64,000 nt of DNA from Phaeosaccion multiseriatum. Taxonomy: Eukaryota > Protista > Ochrophyta, other classes. The stretch's first letter is position 1. Each line of letters starts with the position of its first letter. The DNA lies in NCBI GenBank assembly GCA_965112735.1, contig OZ218951.1, forward strand, positions 2,728,001-2,792,000, written 5' to 3'. The position numbers and the translations under genes are program-made. Below are positions 1 to 14,749 of the stretch, one piece after another. Below the pieces are notes generated by a model. It saw only the letters and a list, made by a program, of their open reading frames with translations. It was not told the DNA's origin and made no database searches.

Positions 1-419
1 CTTTGCTCCTGCTGCGGCTCTGGCGCTCGCAAAGCCCACTCATCCCCTCACTCTCTCACTCTCTCAGCACCAAGTCTTGAAGGCGAAGCGAAGAATGTTA
101 CCCTTAAGCTCCTAAGCTCCAGAGAAGGCAGGCCTTGGCCTGAATCTCCACCTCTCTGCGCCTCGCTCTCCGCCTTCTCCGACTAAGTCAGACCCTCACA
201 AAGAAACCTCAGGCCAAGACGAGCAGGAGCCACAAGGAAAGCGTCGTCTACAGTGCTTACTGTTCTTGGTTGTCTTTTATTTCCTCTTACATTCTGTGTG
301 GTGCCCCAAAGCCAAGGGCGAACCAACTGAAACTCAAATAGCCCTCCCGTCCTATTTCGATTTCTCTCTCGATCCTCAACCTGTAGCGAGCCAGACAGGG
401 GTATTATACCTATGTGAAC

Positions 420-1122
420 ATGAGCTGCATGTGCTGCCACCGAGTAGGTCATGTACTGGTCCTGCTACTCCTGCTTGTGGCTTGGACTGACTCATTCGTG
501 CAGGAATGCACCAGGGGAAGAGGCGCCTTGGCTCTTGCCGCCAAGAAAGGGAAGAGTAGTAAAGGCGGGAAGAAGAGGAAGGCAACGGGTGGAAGTGGTA
601 GTGGAATGGGCTTCGGCTCTGGCGGCGAGCTGGGGTCTGCAGAGGTGTCTGTGCTGACCCGGGCGCCGGCTGCAGCAGCAATACCAGCGGCAGGCACCTT
701 GCCAGACGACAATTTCCCCACCTTTCCACCCCTGCCCAAACACGTCAAGGACACCCTGGAGGGCCTGGTGGCCGCTGGAGAGGGGAAGGAGGCAGGCAGG
801 GAGCTCATGTCGGCGGAAGTTGCGGATAGGGTTAAGCAAGTCTACGGCTTTGGTAGCTTCCAGGCTGAGGTGGGCCACCCTCTCTTCCCGGGGCTGAGGG
901 TACTGCATAGAGACCCCACCGTCATCGCTGTCGACGATTTCTTCACGGCAGAGGAGGTGCGTGCATGGAGGCTGCAGATCGGTGGCAGCGGCTCCTTGCG
1001 GCATTCGGGGCTCCACACGGTGTGCTCACTGATTGACGTCCCACTACCCCCCTTGTCGCTCTGTCTTCTACTGCTTCTGTTGCTGGTGCTGCTGGTGCTG
1101 CTGCTGCTGGTGCTGCTGCTGC

Positions 1123-1158
<36 letters not shown>

Positions 1159-2661
1159 TGCTGCCTCATATTCCACGGTGTTCTCAACCGTGACTGCTGC
1201 TCCAACGTATCGTGTCCTCCTCTCCTCTCTTGTTGTTGTTTGATCAGTGCGATGAATACATCGCCATGTCCAACAACTGGCGAGAGGGTAGAGCCATTCC
1301 AACAGGAGCAGAAGGAGCAGCAGCAGGACGCACACCTGCCTCTCACAAACAACAGTCCGGAGTACTGGACAGCAAGGACAAAGCCGCGTCAGCCCAACGC
1401 ACCTCCACCACATGGTTTCACCACTTTAGGTCTGCCCCGGAGCTCATGGCCAAGAGCTCTGCCCTGCTGGGGGTGTCCTTTGATGACGAGAGGTGGGAGG
1501 AGCCGCAGACGGTGCGCTACCGGGCAGGGGAGAAGTTCACATGGTACGTAAGATGGATGGTGGTTTCGATTCGTTCATTCATTGCAGTAGATTGATTGAA
1601 TGGTAAGGGATTGATCAATTGATGGATTGGTTGATCGACACACCCAGACAGATTGTAAGCGGCTAATGTTTGAGAGTGGGTGCAATAAGATGATACACTG
1701 CAGACGGGTTTGGAAGAGGCTGGCCTTGAGAGGGGAAGAGTGTATGTAGCTCCAGAGAGGGAAAGGCATATCATACGCTCTCTTCCTAACTACTACAAAG
1801 TATTTCGTATGCGTGTACATGCGTGGCACGCGCGCTTGGTTCATTCCGTAGGCCTCTTGTCTCGCTCGGTATGCCCCTTTGTAATTAACCTCTTTCTTGC
1901 TCCTCTCTCAATCTCACAATTGACACTTGATTTGCTCGGTTTTCTTGCTCGGGTCGATCGGCCCTTATCATCAACAGGCATATGGACGCCATCCCGGCTG
2001 GCGAAGACGGCACCGTGCCGCAGGGGGGGCAGCGAGTGGCTACTCTGCTCGTGTACCTCACCGATTTGGGGGAGGGTTCGGGAGGGGCTACTGCCTTCAG
2101 AGACCTCGGGCCTCTGCGCGTCAGGCCCAGAAAGGTGAGGGGCCAAGTTGGTCAAGCCGTACGCACACGCACACACGCACGCAATCGCCCCACGCGCACC
2201 CACACCCACACACACGACACGCACGCACTCACGCGATTCAATGGACTACCTACTTGGTCCTCGCCCTCGTCCTCGCCCTCGCCCTCGTCCCCCCTCCCTC
2301 CCCTCCTCCTCTGCTCCTGCAACTATTGGAATGGACTTCTCTCTTCTCTCCCTCTCTTTGTCCCTCCCTCTCTTTCTCTCCCCCCTCTCTTCCTCTCCCC
2401 ACCCACTCCACATAGGGCTCGGCACTGCTCTTCTTCCCTGCCGCAGGGGCCATTCCCTCCTGCCCCTTTGACATCCGCACGCTGCATGCAGGGGAAGTGG
2501 TGGAGAAGCAGGGCGACGAGACCAAGTGGATTGCCCAGCTGTGGCTACGGCAGGGCAAGTACACTCCACACTGCCCCGCTGGCAACGGTTACACCGAGGC
2601 CGCCAAGAAGGCTGTGGCAAGCTTTGAATCTACTTGGAGGGCCCAGGAAGATGGTGCATGA
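420..2661 (+). CDS. Prolyl 4-hydroxylase-like 2OG-Fe(II) oxygenase with N-terminal signal sequence (4 exons: 420-956, 1248-1543, 1978-2134, 2416-2661; ~411 aa)
   Basis: Spliced product reads LHRDPTVIAVDDFFTAEE|CDEYI...RTSTTWF...WEEPQTVRYRAGEKFTW|HMDA...GGQRVATLLVYLTD...GGATAFRDLG...RPRK|GSALLFFP...RTLHAGEVV...KWIAQLW. This gives the HxD...H iron triad and the 2OG-binding Lys of the P4H family. GT-AG sites are in phase (1236 nt). Confidence 0.9.
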
Positions 2662-3319
2662 GCAGGGGCAGTTGGTGATACAGCAGCAGCAGCAGCAGCA
2701 GCGGAATAAGGAGAAGCAGGAGCAGCAGCAGCAGCAGCTGTAGCGGAGGAGGAAGCAGCAGGGGCAGAAGCCGAAGCAGACGCTTGAAGCATGAAAACAA
2801 ACCCCACGTAGCATCGCTCGGAGAAGCTGACGCCCCTCACAACGCGAAGAGAATAGAGCTGACGGAGGAGATCGGGGGAGCGGCTGGACTTGTGCGCGGA
2901 TGCGATGGCCCCATTAGAGATGCGGAAACTCAATCCCTCGTTCGGTATGAGGGCACTGATTCAACACCCCGCCATACTAGGCACAGATTCTCCCAGGTTG
3001 CAATCAGCTGTCGGACATACCCAAGTTCAGCCCCCCTCCCTCCCCATACCCCCGAGCCTCCCCTTTCTCTTTCTCTTCCAGGCTCATTGTAATAAACGGA
3101 ACCATGCAAAGCTTGCTTGCGAAGTGGGGAAAGTAATACTACAAGTACATACTTCGAATAAAAAAGACTTCCAAAGCACACTTTTTCTATTTTTTTACAC
3201 CTGACACCACACGACCCGAAGCCCGCAAAGCGAAGCTCTATCAGCCAGCAGCAGATAGTCAGTCAGCCAGCTTGTGTCCACCAACCAGCCAAACAGTAGT
3301 TAGTGAGTCGGCCAACAGC

Positions 3320-5518
3320 TCAGTCGCGGTTGTGCCTCCAAATCGCCTCAAAGTTCTGTGGCGCCGCCTCTGCACTCGCCCCGCCAGACCACGGAGCAGC
3401 AGCAGCAGCCCCGGGGGCGGCCCGAGGAGTGATGGGTGTCAGGTACCCGCAGTCGCCCAGCGTGCCCTTGTTGTTCTGCCCGTCGCTGCTGCCGTAGCCC
3501 GGGAAGCAGTTGCACACCCCCGTGTCGTAGTCACAGAGGCCCTTGTGGCTGCACTCTACATACTCCTTGGTCCCCGTCGTTGTCTCTGTGATGTTGACAC
3601 TCAAAATTTCCTCCGCCGCAATGTGGATGAGCGGCACATTGCCCGTCTCGGTATAGAACTCCACGGTGCACAGCGTACCGTTCGTCGCACAAATGTTGGA
3701 TGTGTCGCACTCCACCGCCACATCCACAATGGAGTCAAGATCCTCCAATGCCGCCTCCAGCTCCTTGGAGGTTGACGTGGGCGCGAGTGAGTCCGCCTCG
3801 CTTTGCCGGAAAGTGAAGATTAGAGTGCCATCCTGATCATCGTCCGTGCACATGATGGTCTGAATCTCATTGGCCTGGCGGTACGTGTCGGCGTCGTCCC
3901 CCTTGGGGCAGCTTCGAAGCATGCAATCGTGGCCAAAGTAGCCCGAGTCGCACAAGCACCCGTAGATCATGTCGTGGTCCCAGGTAGTCGCCTTGTTAGG
4001 CGTGGCTCCATAGGTATAATCCGTGGCGTCGCCATTGTCGTCGGCGTTCTCGGCCAACTGCCCCATGGGGAGGCACTGTCCGTGGCCGTTGCAGACGGCA
4101 GACTCTCCTCCTCCCGTGCTTGCCCCGGGGCAAGACATGCGATCGCACGCACTTCCCTCGAAGTTCTCCATGCACGAGCATTCCCCCGAGCTGCGGTCAC
4201 AGATGCCCATGTCCGAACACTCTGCATACGTGAGGTGGGCCTCCTCGTCAGCGCTGGGGAGACTGAACCAGCTCTTTCCCTCCGGGCACGTCTTGAGCGA
4301 GCAGTCGCCACCCATCCACCCATCGCTACAGTCACATGCGTATGTAGGCGAGCCGTTACACACGCCGTGGCCGCTGCACGCAATCTCTCCGGGGCAGTGC
4401 GTGATGGCCTCGTACACATAACCGCAGTCGCCCCTCCTGCCGGCCTCATTGTAACCGTCGCTGGACTTGACCTCGTCCTCGCAGGTACACACCCCATTGC
4501 CCACGTCACACACACCGCGGTCGCTGCAGTAATTGTCCTCCTTGCTTCCCGCAACGTACTCGGAGACCAGCACCGAGGCCGATATGCCTGTGCTGGAGTG
4601 GGACAGGCTTGTGGTGCCAGCCACCAACAACGGAAGGTCTCCAAAGTTCTGCAGAAACTCAATGGTGAACGTGTGTCCCGCGCTGGTACAGGCCTGCGTG
4701 TCGGACGAAGAGAAGGCCACGCTAATAGCGTCATCGTAACTGGCGGGGATGGAGGGGAGGGCCTCCAACGCGTCGACAATGTCGTCGGCGCCACAGTCCC
4801 AGGCCAGGGCGGTGGTGGTAAACCCGCGGAACGCCAGGGTAAAGGTGCCACCTGTGGCTGTGCAGGTCACCTCATGCACCTCGTTCTCCTGTTCACCATC
4901 CGGGTCTTCTTCGGTACCGGTGAGAGGGTCGTCTCCGGTCGGGCAGTGCCGGAGAGAGCAGTCCGGGCCCCAGTAGCCTTCATCGCAGTGGCATCCCTGA
5001 ATCTTTTCGGCGTCCCACACGTCCTCATAGGCGTATACTGTGCCCTCCCCGCTGTCTTTGACAGAGGAAAAATAGGAGAGGGACTGGCACTTGCCGTGCC
5101 CGCTGCAGTTATTCGGGCACCGCAGCCGCTCGCAAGCCTGCCCTTCAAAGGTGCCGTCACATTCACATTGCCCTGTAGCTCTATTGCAGCTGCCCCGGTT
5201 GGAGCACTCCGCCCTGTTGTGGGCGTCATCGACCCCGTCTGCTATATCGTTCCACGCTGCCCCAAAAGGGCATGTCTTGAGAGAGCAGTCCGCTCCCTGC
5301 CAGTTGTCGAAGCACGAACATTGCTTGGCTGAGGTGCTGCCGTCTGCCGAGCTTTCGCAACTGCCGCGTCCGTTGCAGAGATTGGGCGAGCAGGGCGTCC
5401 CTTCCACTCCGACCATACCACCAGGACCCCCTCGTCCTCCGCGAAATGATGGCAAGCGGGCCGCCAGCGCCGACACCAACACAGTCACACACACTCTCCG
5501 CAGAGCGGACCCACCCAT
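3320..5518 (-). CDS. Secreted EGF-like/tenascin-repeat protein, stramenopile mastigoneme/Sig-like family; intronless, ~732 aa
   Basis: First ATG (MGGSALRRVCVTVLVSALAA) gives a signal peptide. Repeated CSNRGxCDxxTGxCxC..F/YEGxAC and WDxxxIxGCxCDxGYxGxDCSLRxCPxGDD modules, plus two EV(H/Q)xxxC...F...ALExL...EF..xGDLP inserts, are typical of stramenopile tenascin/mastigoneme-like proteins. Confidence 0.8.
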   Translation of the reverse strand: MGGSALRRVCVTVLVSALAARLPSFRGGRGGPGGMVGVEGTPCSPNLCNGRGSCESSADGSTSAKQCSCFDNWQGADCSLKTCPFGAAWNDIADGVDDAHNRAECSNRGSCNRATGQCECDGTFEGQACERLRCPNNCSGHGKCQSLSYFSSVKDSGEGTVYAYEDVWDAEKIQGCHCDEGYWGPDCSLRHCPTGDDPLTGTEEDPDGEQENEVHEVTCTATGGTFTLAFRGFTTTALAWDCGADDIVDALEALPSIPASYDDAISVAFSSSDTQACTSAGHTFTIEFLQNFGDLPLLVAGTTSLSHSSTGISASVLVSEYVAGSKEDNYCSDRGVCDVGNGVCTCEDEVKSSDGYNEAGRRGDCGYVYEAITHCPGEIACSGHGVCNGSPTYACDCSDGWMGGDCSLKTCPEGKSWFSLPSADEEAHLTYAECSDMGICDRSSGECSCMENFEGSACDRMSCPGASTGGGESAVCNGHGQCLPMGQLAENADDNGDATDYTYGATPNKATTWDHDMIYGCLCDSGYFGHDCMLRSCPKGDDADTYRQANEIQTIMCTDDDQDGTLIFTFRQSEADSLAPTSTSKELEAALEDLDSIVDVAVECDTSNICATNGTLCTVEFYTETGNVPLIHIAAEEILSVNITETTTGTKEYVECSHKGLCDYDTGVCNCFPGYGSSDGQNNKGTLGDCGYLTPITPRAAPGAAAAAPWSGGASAEAAPQNFEAIWRHNRD

Positions 5519-5800
5519 CGTCGCTCTCGTTGGAGCTGAGCTAGAGGGCCGCTCCCCTCCCCTTGTTCGGGGAGGAAACTCGTTCACAGCGATCTCGCTG
5601 CTGATGTCCAGGCGCTTCCCTCTCTGGCGGGTCTCTCTTCTGGCTTGTGAGCAAGTCCTTTCCGCGCTTTCTCACTCTTGGCCCGCCACCTCCGTTTTTC
5701 CGAAACTGCCCCGTTGACTTACTGACGCTTCAAAAAATCCTGGTCAGATCCTTGCGCAAGCCGCTCTGCCTGTTTCCCTCTTCGGAGCCGCGGTGCAAGG

Positions 5801-7104
5801 ATGGGGGGCGATGCGAAAGACAAGAAGGGAGAAGAGGGGAAGACGAATAACAAGTTTCTGGGTGTTTTCCCAGGTGAGTTGGTGCGTCGGGTGATTGGGC
5901 TTGCTTTTGAGGTGATTAATTGCCGGCCTGTGCCTTGCTGCGTGGTGGCTTGTGAGCCAAAGCTGTCTAGACCTGGCCTAGGCGGGTGGATTGCTGCTAT
6001 TGGTCGCCATCGGTGGTCATCGTGGGACTGATGCTTTGTGAGGGGTGCTCCTGGTCCGCACCAACCGCCTTGTTCTTCGTTCAGACGCAAGACGCGGCAG
6101 AAAAGGCGATGACCTAGCTGACTGCTGGCCCACGTGGAAGGATATGCGCTACGATCTGAGCAGCAGCATTTGAGAGCGAGCATCGACCCCCCCCCCCCCC
6201 CCCCCACCTTCTCCTCCTCCCCCCTCCCGCCAAACAGAATCGATGCGCGACTGGTTCGGCCCTCTCGTCCTCATTATGCTGTGCAGCCCCTTTGTCATCG
6301 TCTTGCAGCACCTGCTGCAGGTGCACACCGGCGACATCTTCTCCATGAGAGACTCCCTGACCGATAAGGGCAAGAAGGGCCTGCTGGAGGCAGTCACCGG
6401 CTTCCCCTCTTGGTGGATGTCCATCGTGCCGGACCCCTTCGACGCAGAGGTTGGTGAAGAGTCTTCGTGTGTGTAGGGGGGTGGTGGGACGGAGGGCTCT
6501 CCCATTGACCTGTGGGAGCTTTCGACTTTATATCCTTGTTCGGCCCTAATCTGTGAGCCCGAAAAGAAGATACGCATGTTGTCCATGGCGGAGATGGAGT
6601 CAAACCATGCCCGAACCGTCCGAACCCACTCAAACCCAAGCACCAACCCAACCCTCGCCCTCACCCTCACCAAACCCACCAACAGGCGTGGAAACTGATT
6701 GGCATTTACTCCGCCTTCGAGCTGGCTCTGATGCGCCTCCTCCCAGGCAAGGAGTTTCGAGCCAACCACACTTCCACGGGACATGTCCCTGTGTACAAGG
6801 CCAACGGGATGCAGTCCTACGTTGTGACTCTGGTCACATATGGCGTACTTGTGTATACAGGCTTGTTCCAGTCCTACAGAGTGTACGACAAGTTTGGGGA
6901 GATCATTAGCGGCCTGGTGAGTGAATGAAGTGGTGGGTGGGTTTCTGTGGGGTAGGTGGGTAGGTTGGTGGGCAGGCGGGTGGGGTGGAGTCGGGGGCTT
7001 ATGACATGGCAACGCAGATGATGCATGATGTTGTCCTTGCGCGGGGCCCTTCCCCTTCCCCTCCTTTCACCGAAGTGCTATTCTCCCTCCGCGTACTCCC
7101 TCCC

Positions 7105-7167
<63 letters not shown>

Positions 7168-9326
7168 CCCTCTCTCTCCCTCTCTCTCTTCCCCTCTCAC
7201 CCCCTCTTCTCTCTCTCCCCCCACCCCTCTCTTTCCCTCTGTCTCTTCCCCTCTCACCTCCTCTTCTCCCCCCCCCCCCCCCCTGTCTCTCCCCATCTGT
7301 CGTCCTCCCTCCATCCCCTCCTCCCTTACCAAAGGCCTTGATGAGCTTTGTGTTTGTGGGCTTCCTGACCTTCAAAGGCCTGTACTTCCCCTCCACGGCC
7401 GATAGCGGCACCAACGGTAACATCATCAAGGACTTCTTCTGGGGCACGGAGCTCTACCCTCGCGTGTTTGGGTGGGACGTTAAGGTAAGTTGCACCAACA
7501 GTTTGTCAGAGAAGCTGCAACGACGTGTGTACTAGTAGTCAGCGAAGCGACCACGATACGCCAGCGAAGGTACTACCCTCCAGAAGGACCACGGTGTGCT
7601 TCGGGCTTGAAGGGAGGTGGTATTTTGGTTTTGCTCGGCCCTTCAATGTTTATCATGGTTGTGTGACCGTAAGTCTTCTTGCCACCCCCCATCCTTCCTC
7701 CCCACCCCTCCTTTTGTCTCCTTTGGCCCAGGTGTTCACTAACTGCCGCTTCGGGATGATGTACTGGGCTGTGGGCATTCTTTGCTACGCCCACCATCAG
7801 GTTGGGGGATAGCTCAGTAGCCTGTTTACTTTCGTCCTCCTCCTCCTCCTCCTCCTCCTCCTCCTCCTCCTCCTCCTCCTCCTCGTCCTCCCCCTCCCCC
7901 CCCTCCTCCTCCTCCTCCTCCTCCTCCTCCTCCTCCTCCTCCTCCTCCTCCTCCTCCTCCTCTCCTACTCCACCAGCTCCTTATTCTCTACTGCCGTTGC
8001 TGATACAAATTACTGCGCCTCCTCCTCCTCCTCCTCCTCTTCCTCCTCCTCCTGTGTGACTGTATAACCAACTGCTTTGTCACAGATTCACTACGTGGGG
8101 TCCCTGGCGGACTCCATGTTCGTGTCTGTGGCGCTGCAGCTCGTGTACATCGCCAAGTTTTTCTGGTGGGAGACAGGGTACTTCAACAGCATGGACATCC
8201 AACACGACAGGGCCGGCTACTACATCTGCTGGGGTTGCCTGGTGTGGGTGCCGTCCGTCTACACGAGCGCGTCCTTCTTTTTGGCCACACATCCTGTGCA
8301 GCTGGGGAATCAGACGGCGGGCACCATTTTGGGCCTGGGGCTGCTGAGCATTTGGGCCAATTACGACGCGGATCGGCAACGGGCGCACTTCAGACGCGTT
8401 AATGGTGCGTTGTGTTGTGTTGTGTTGTGTTGTGTTGTGTTGTGTTGTGTCGTGTCGTGTTGTGTTGAAGGCCTCCGCGTGAGTGAGGGCGTGCGCGTGT
8501 ATGCGTGGGCGCATGCGCGAATGTGGGTGTGGGTGTGGGTGCGCGTGTGCGTGTCTGTGTGTGTGTGTTTGTGCGTTGGGAAGGAATTTACGGGCACCAA
8601 CCACCATCACCATGACCATCACACCCCATCCCACCCCACCTCACCTCACCACAACAGGCAAGTGTAACATCTGGGGCAAGCCCGCGGAGTTTATCACAGC
8701 CTCGTACATGGCCGGCAAGGAGCAGAAGACGAGCCTGTTGCTCACCTCGGGCTGGTGGGGCCTATCGCGTCACTTCCACTACTTGCCCGAGATTACTGCG
8801 AGTCTCTGTTGGTGCTGCCCTGGATTGGGGGCGGGCATCATGCCGTACTTTTATGTGGTGTTTCTGACCATCTTGCTCTTCGATCGGGCCTACCGTGACG
8901 ACAAAAGGTGGGTAGGGGAGAGGAGAGGGGAGGGAGGGGAGGGAAAGAGGGGAGGGGGGAAGGAAGGGAGGTACGGAGGAGACACACGGAAGATGGGCCG
9001 AATGGTTGTGAGACGGCGGTAGTGGTGGTGGTGTTATTGATGGCGGGGTTGCTTTCGATGTCCTCACGGGCTCACGCTCCTGTTACTACTACGCCTGCTA
9101 CTGCTGCTGCTACTGCTTGCTGCTGCTGCTCCTGCTGTGGCTCTTTGTCACCCCTTGTTCCTCCCCCCCCCCCCCGGGCACACTGTGTATGCTGACAATG
9201 TTCAATGGTCGGTGTGGTGTGGGGGTTCGTGTCTCCTTTATTTACAGATGCGGCGACAAGTACGGGCAGGACTGGGCCAAGTACTGCGCTCTAGTTCCCA
9301 AGAAGGTCATCCCCGGCATCATCTGA
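5801..9326 (+). CDS. DHCR7: Sterol delta-7 reductase (7-dehydrocholesterol reductase, ERG4/ERG24 family); 8 exons: 5801-5873, 6238-6449, 6686-6916, 7335-7484, 7732-7800, 8086-8404, 8658-8907, 9248-9326; ~460 aa
   Basis: Motifs GHVPVYKANG, DFFWGTELYPR..WDVK|VFTNCRFGMMYW, KFFWWETGYFNSMDIQHDRAGYYICWGCLVWVPSVYT, SLLLTSGWWGLSRHFHYLPE and DRAYRDDKR|CGDKYGQDWAKYC match DWF5/DHCR7. The exons total 1383 nt, in frame. Confidence 0.95.
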
Positions 9327-9344
9327 GTCTGCCTCTTTCTCTCT

Positions 9345-9384
<40 letters not shown>

Positions 9385-10139
9385 CTCTCTCTTTCTCTCT
9401 CTCTCTCTCTCTGTCTTCTCTCTTGTCTCCTCTCTCTCTCTCTCTCTCTCTCTCCCTCTCTCCCTCCCTCTGGTACTGACTGCTGCGTGATCGCGTTGCT
9501 GCTCGGGCCCACTACACTACTATGAGTTAGATATTAGAGCGTTTAAACCACATCTTAATTTAGCAATGGACTCTTTCTGTGTGTGTTGGACACTGACCAT
9601 CACACCAACACCTCCTCAAGAAGCACTTGGGAGGGAGGAGGCTCTCCAACCCCCAAACATTTGGAAACACTCACTCACTCACCACTCAGTCACTCAATTC
9701 ACTCACTCACCACTCAGCCACTCAATTCACTCACTCACCACTCACTCACTCAATTCCCCCTTGCACTATTATTGAGTGACTCACCACTCAGTCACTCAAC
9801 TCACCTCCTCACCTCTCAATTCACTCCACTTGCACACTCCCTTCGCGCTTTCCCGAATCCTTTCCCGCCAAAAAAGTTCCTCGCACCCTTGCCAACTGTG
9901 ACAGGAGGAGGAGGAGGAAGGGAAGAGAGCGGGAACAAATGGGGGGAATGGGAAGTACAAGGGGCAGAGTCACAAGATATTGAAATGATACGCATAGGGA
10001 GCCGTAGTCTCATTAGTGCTGCTCAGCATCTACAACGACTCTGAGAGAAAGACAAGGACAGCGGAGGGGGGGGTAGGAGATCGCGGGGGAGGAGCGGAGC
10101 CAGAGCAGGGCGGGGCGACGAGGAGCAAGAGCAGGAAAC

Positions 10140-13187
<3,048 letters not shown>

Positions 13188-14161
13188 TCCTTCGGCGGGA
13201 TCGTCGCCATCGTGTTGGTTTTTCACTGGATTGGGAAGTGTGAGGATTTATTTCAGGAGCGAAGCCGCAAGGAGGCTGTGTGTGTACTTTCGGGGGGGCT
13301 TCATCGTCTCATCCCGTCAAAGCATCGGAGAGGGGAGGCTTGAGAGCTTTCTTCTTCAAAACGTTGCTTTGCTTTGCTTTGCTTGTTTCCGAATTGGCGT
13401 ACACAGCACCCCCCCCCCCTCACCCCCCCACGCGCGCTGCAGGCCACGTTTTCTACCGAGCATTTTATCACTAGTACTACGAAGCAGGGGAGGGGGGGGT
13501 TATGTCTTGTTGGTCAGGCTTATTACTCAATGTAGGTGGAGCGAAGCAGGGTGTGGTGATGAGCACCAGTGTTAAGGGCATTGTCATCCATTGCCATCCA
13601 TTTTGTCATCCATTCGATGAGCTCAGAAATCAGCACTCAGCAGCGGGGGGGGGGGGGGTGCCCGGCTTGTCCGCGAAGCGAAGGACAGCAGAGCAACAGC
13701 ACCCAACGACAAATGCTATCGAGAATGCTATACGACAGGAGTCACTTTCGCAAGTCAGGGCTTGGTCGGTTGGTCGGTTGGCTGGTTGGTCGTCGGTTGG
13801 TTGGTTGGTTGGTTGGTTGGTCGCAGGCCACGGCGCAACCCACCCTGACAGTTACACTTACACTTACAATTATACACTTATAGAGAGAACACAAATGGTG
13901 GGGTGAGATGGAGGCCGCAGTGCGAGTAGCGAGCGCCCCATGTGCACTACTGTGCGTGCCTGTTAGCTAGTCACGTACAGACAAAGACACACAGACACAC
14001 ATACACGTGCACACGCTTTTCGAAGGTGACCGGGTGGTCGGGTCGTTCATCGCAGAGTGGGCGGAGGAGCGAGGCAGCAAGGCTCCACCTCTACTGTCAC
14101 ATCTGGCGACGACAGTGGAGGCACAACACAACGGGTCTTCGTCTTTCCAACCTGGCGTACA

Positions 14162-14436
14162 AATCGCATCCATATGTATATATATATTACATTCGCCCGG
14201 TGTTGCCAGAGGACAGGAGTACCCACACCACACACACTCACACACACACGCACGCACGCACCCAAGAAAGCAGGTAGTGGGAGTGGATGCGATGCGGCTC
14301 AATCGCATCTATATATATATATTACATTCGCCCGGTGTTGCCAGAGCACAGGAGTACCCACACCACACACACTCACACACACACGCACGCACGCACCCAA
14401 GAAAGCAGGTAGTGGGAGTGGATGCGATGCGGCTCA
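14162..14436. repeat. Two-copy direct tandem repeat, ~138-bp unit
   Basis: aatcgcatc..tatatattacattcgcccggtgttgccagag..caggagtacccacacc...gtgggagtggatgcgatgcggctc occurs at ~14162-14300 and ~14301-14436, near-identical. Confidence 0.9.
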
Positions 14437-14749
14437 TGCGGTTCTCTCGTGCGTGCAGTCGTTCTTACCCACTCACCCCCGCCCCCCGCAGCCCCCCCCC
14501 CCACTACGTAAAGGCGTAAAGCAATTCCTTGCTCCTTCTCGCTGCTGCTCCAGTAGGCAAGCCTTGCTTCTGTCAAGAACCTTCTTGAGGCTCTCCTCCT
14601 CCTCCTCCTCCTCCTCCTCCTCCTCCTCCTCCTCCTCCTCCTCCTCCTCCCACTCACCCCATCTGTGTTTTTCTCACTGTAAAAGCCTACTCCTCCACCT
14701 CTTTCGAAGGATCACCCAACCCGCGGCGGCCGGCGTCCCTGCTTCCTCC

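Noticed and set aside
1-43. Possible start of a minus-strand gene (MSGLCERQSRSRSK) running off the left edge
   Set aside because: Only 14 codons are visible, so it cannot be supported.
2659-2787. Possible stop-codon readthrough or selenocysteine at the P4H TGA, followed by Ala/Glu-rich coding-like sequence
   Set aside because: The catalytic domain is complete before the TGA, an in-frame TAA follows 15 codons later, and the tract is a GCA microsatellite.
3929-5332. 467-aa plus-strand ORF opposite the EGF gene (and other long antisense ORFs)
   Set aside because: Antisense shadow of a GC-rich coding sequence, with no recognisable motifs.
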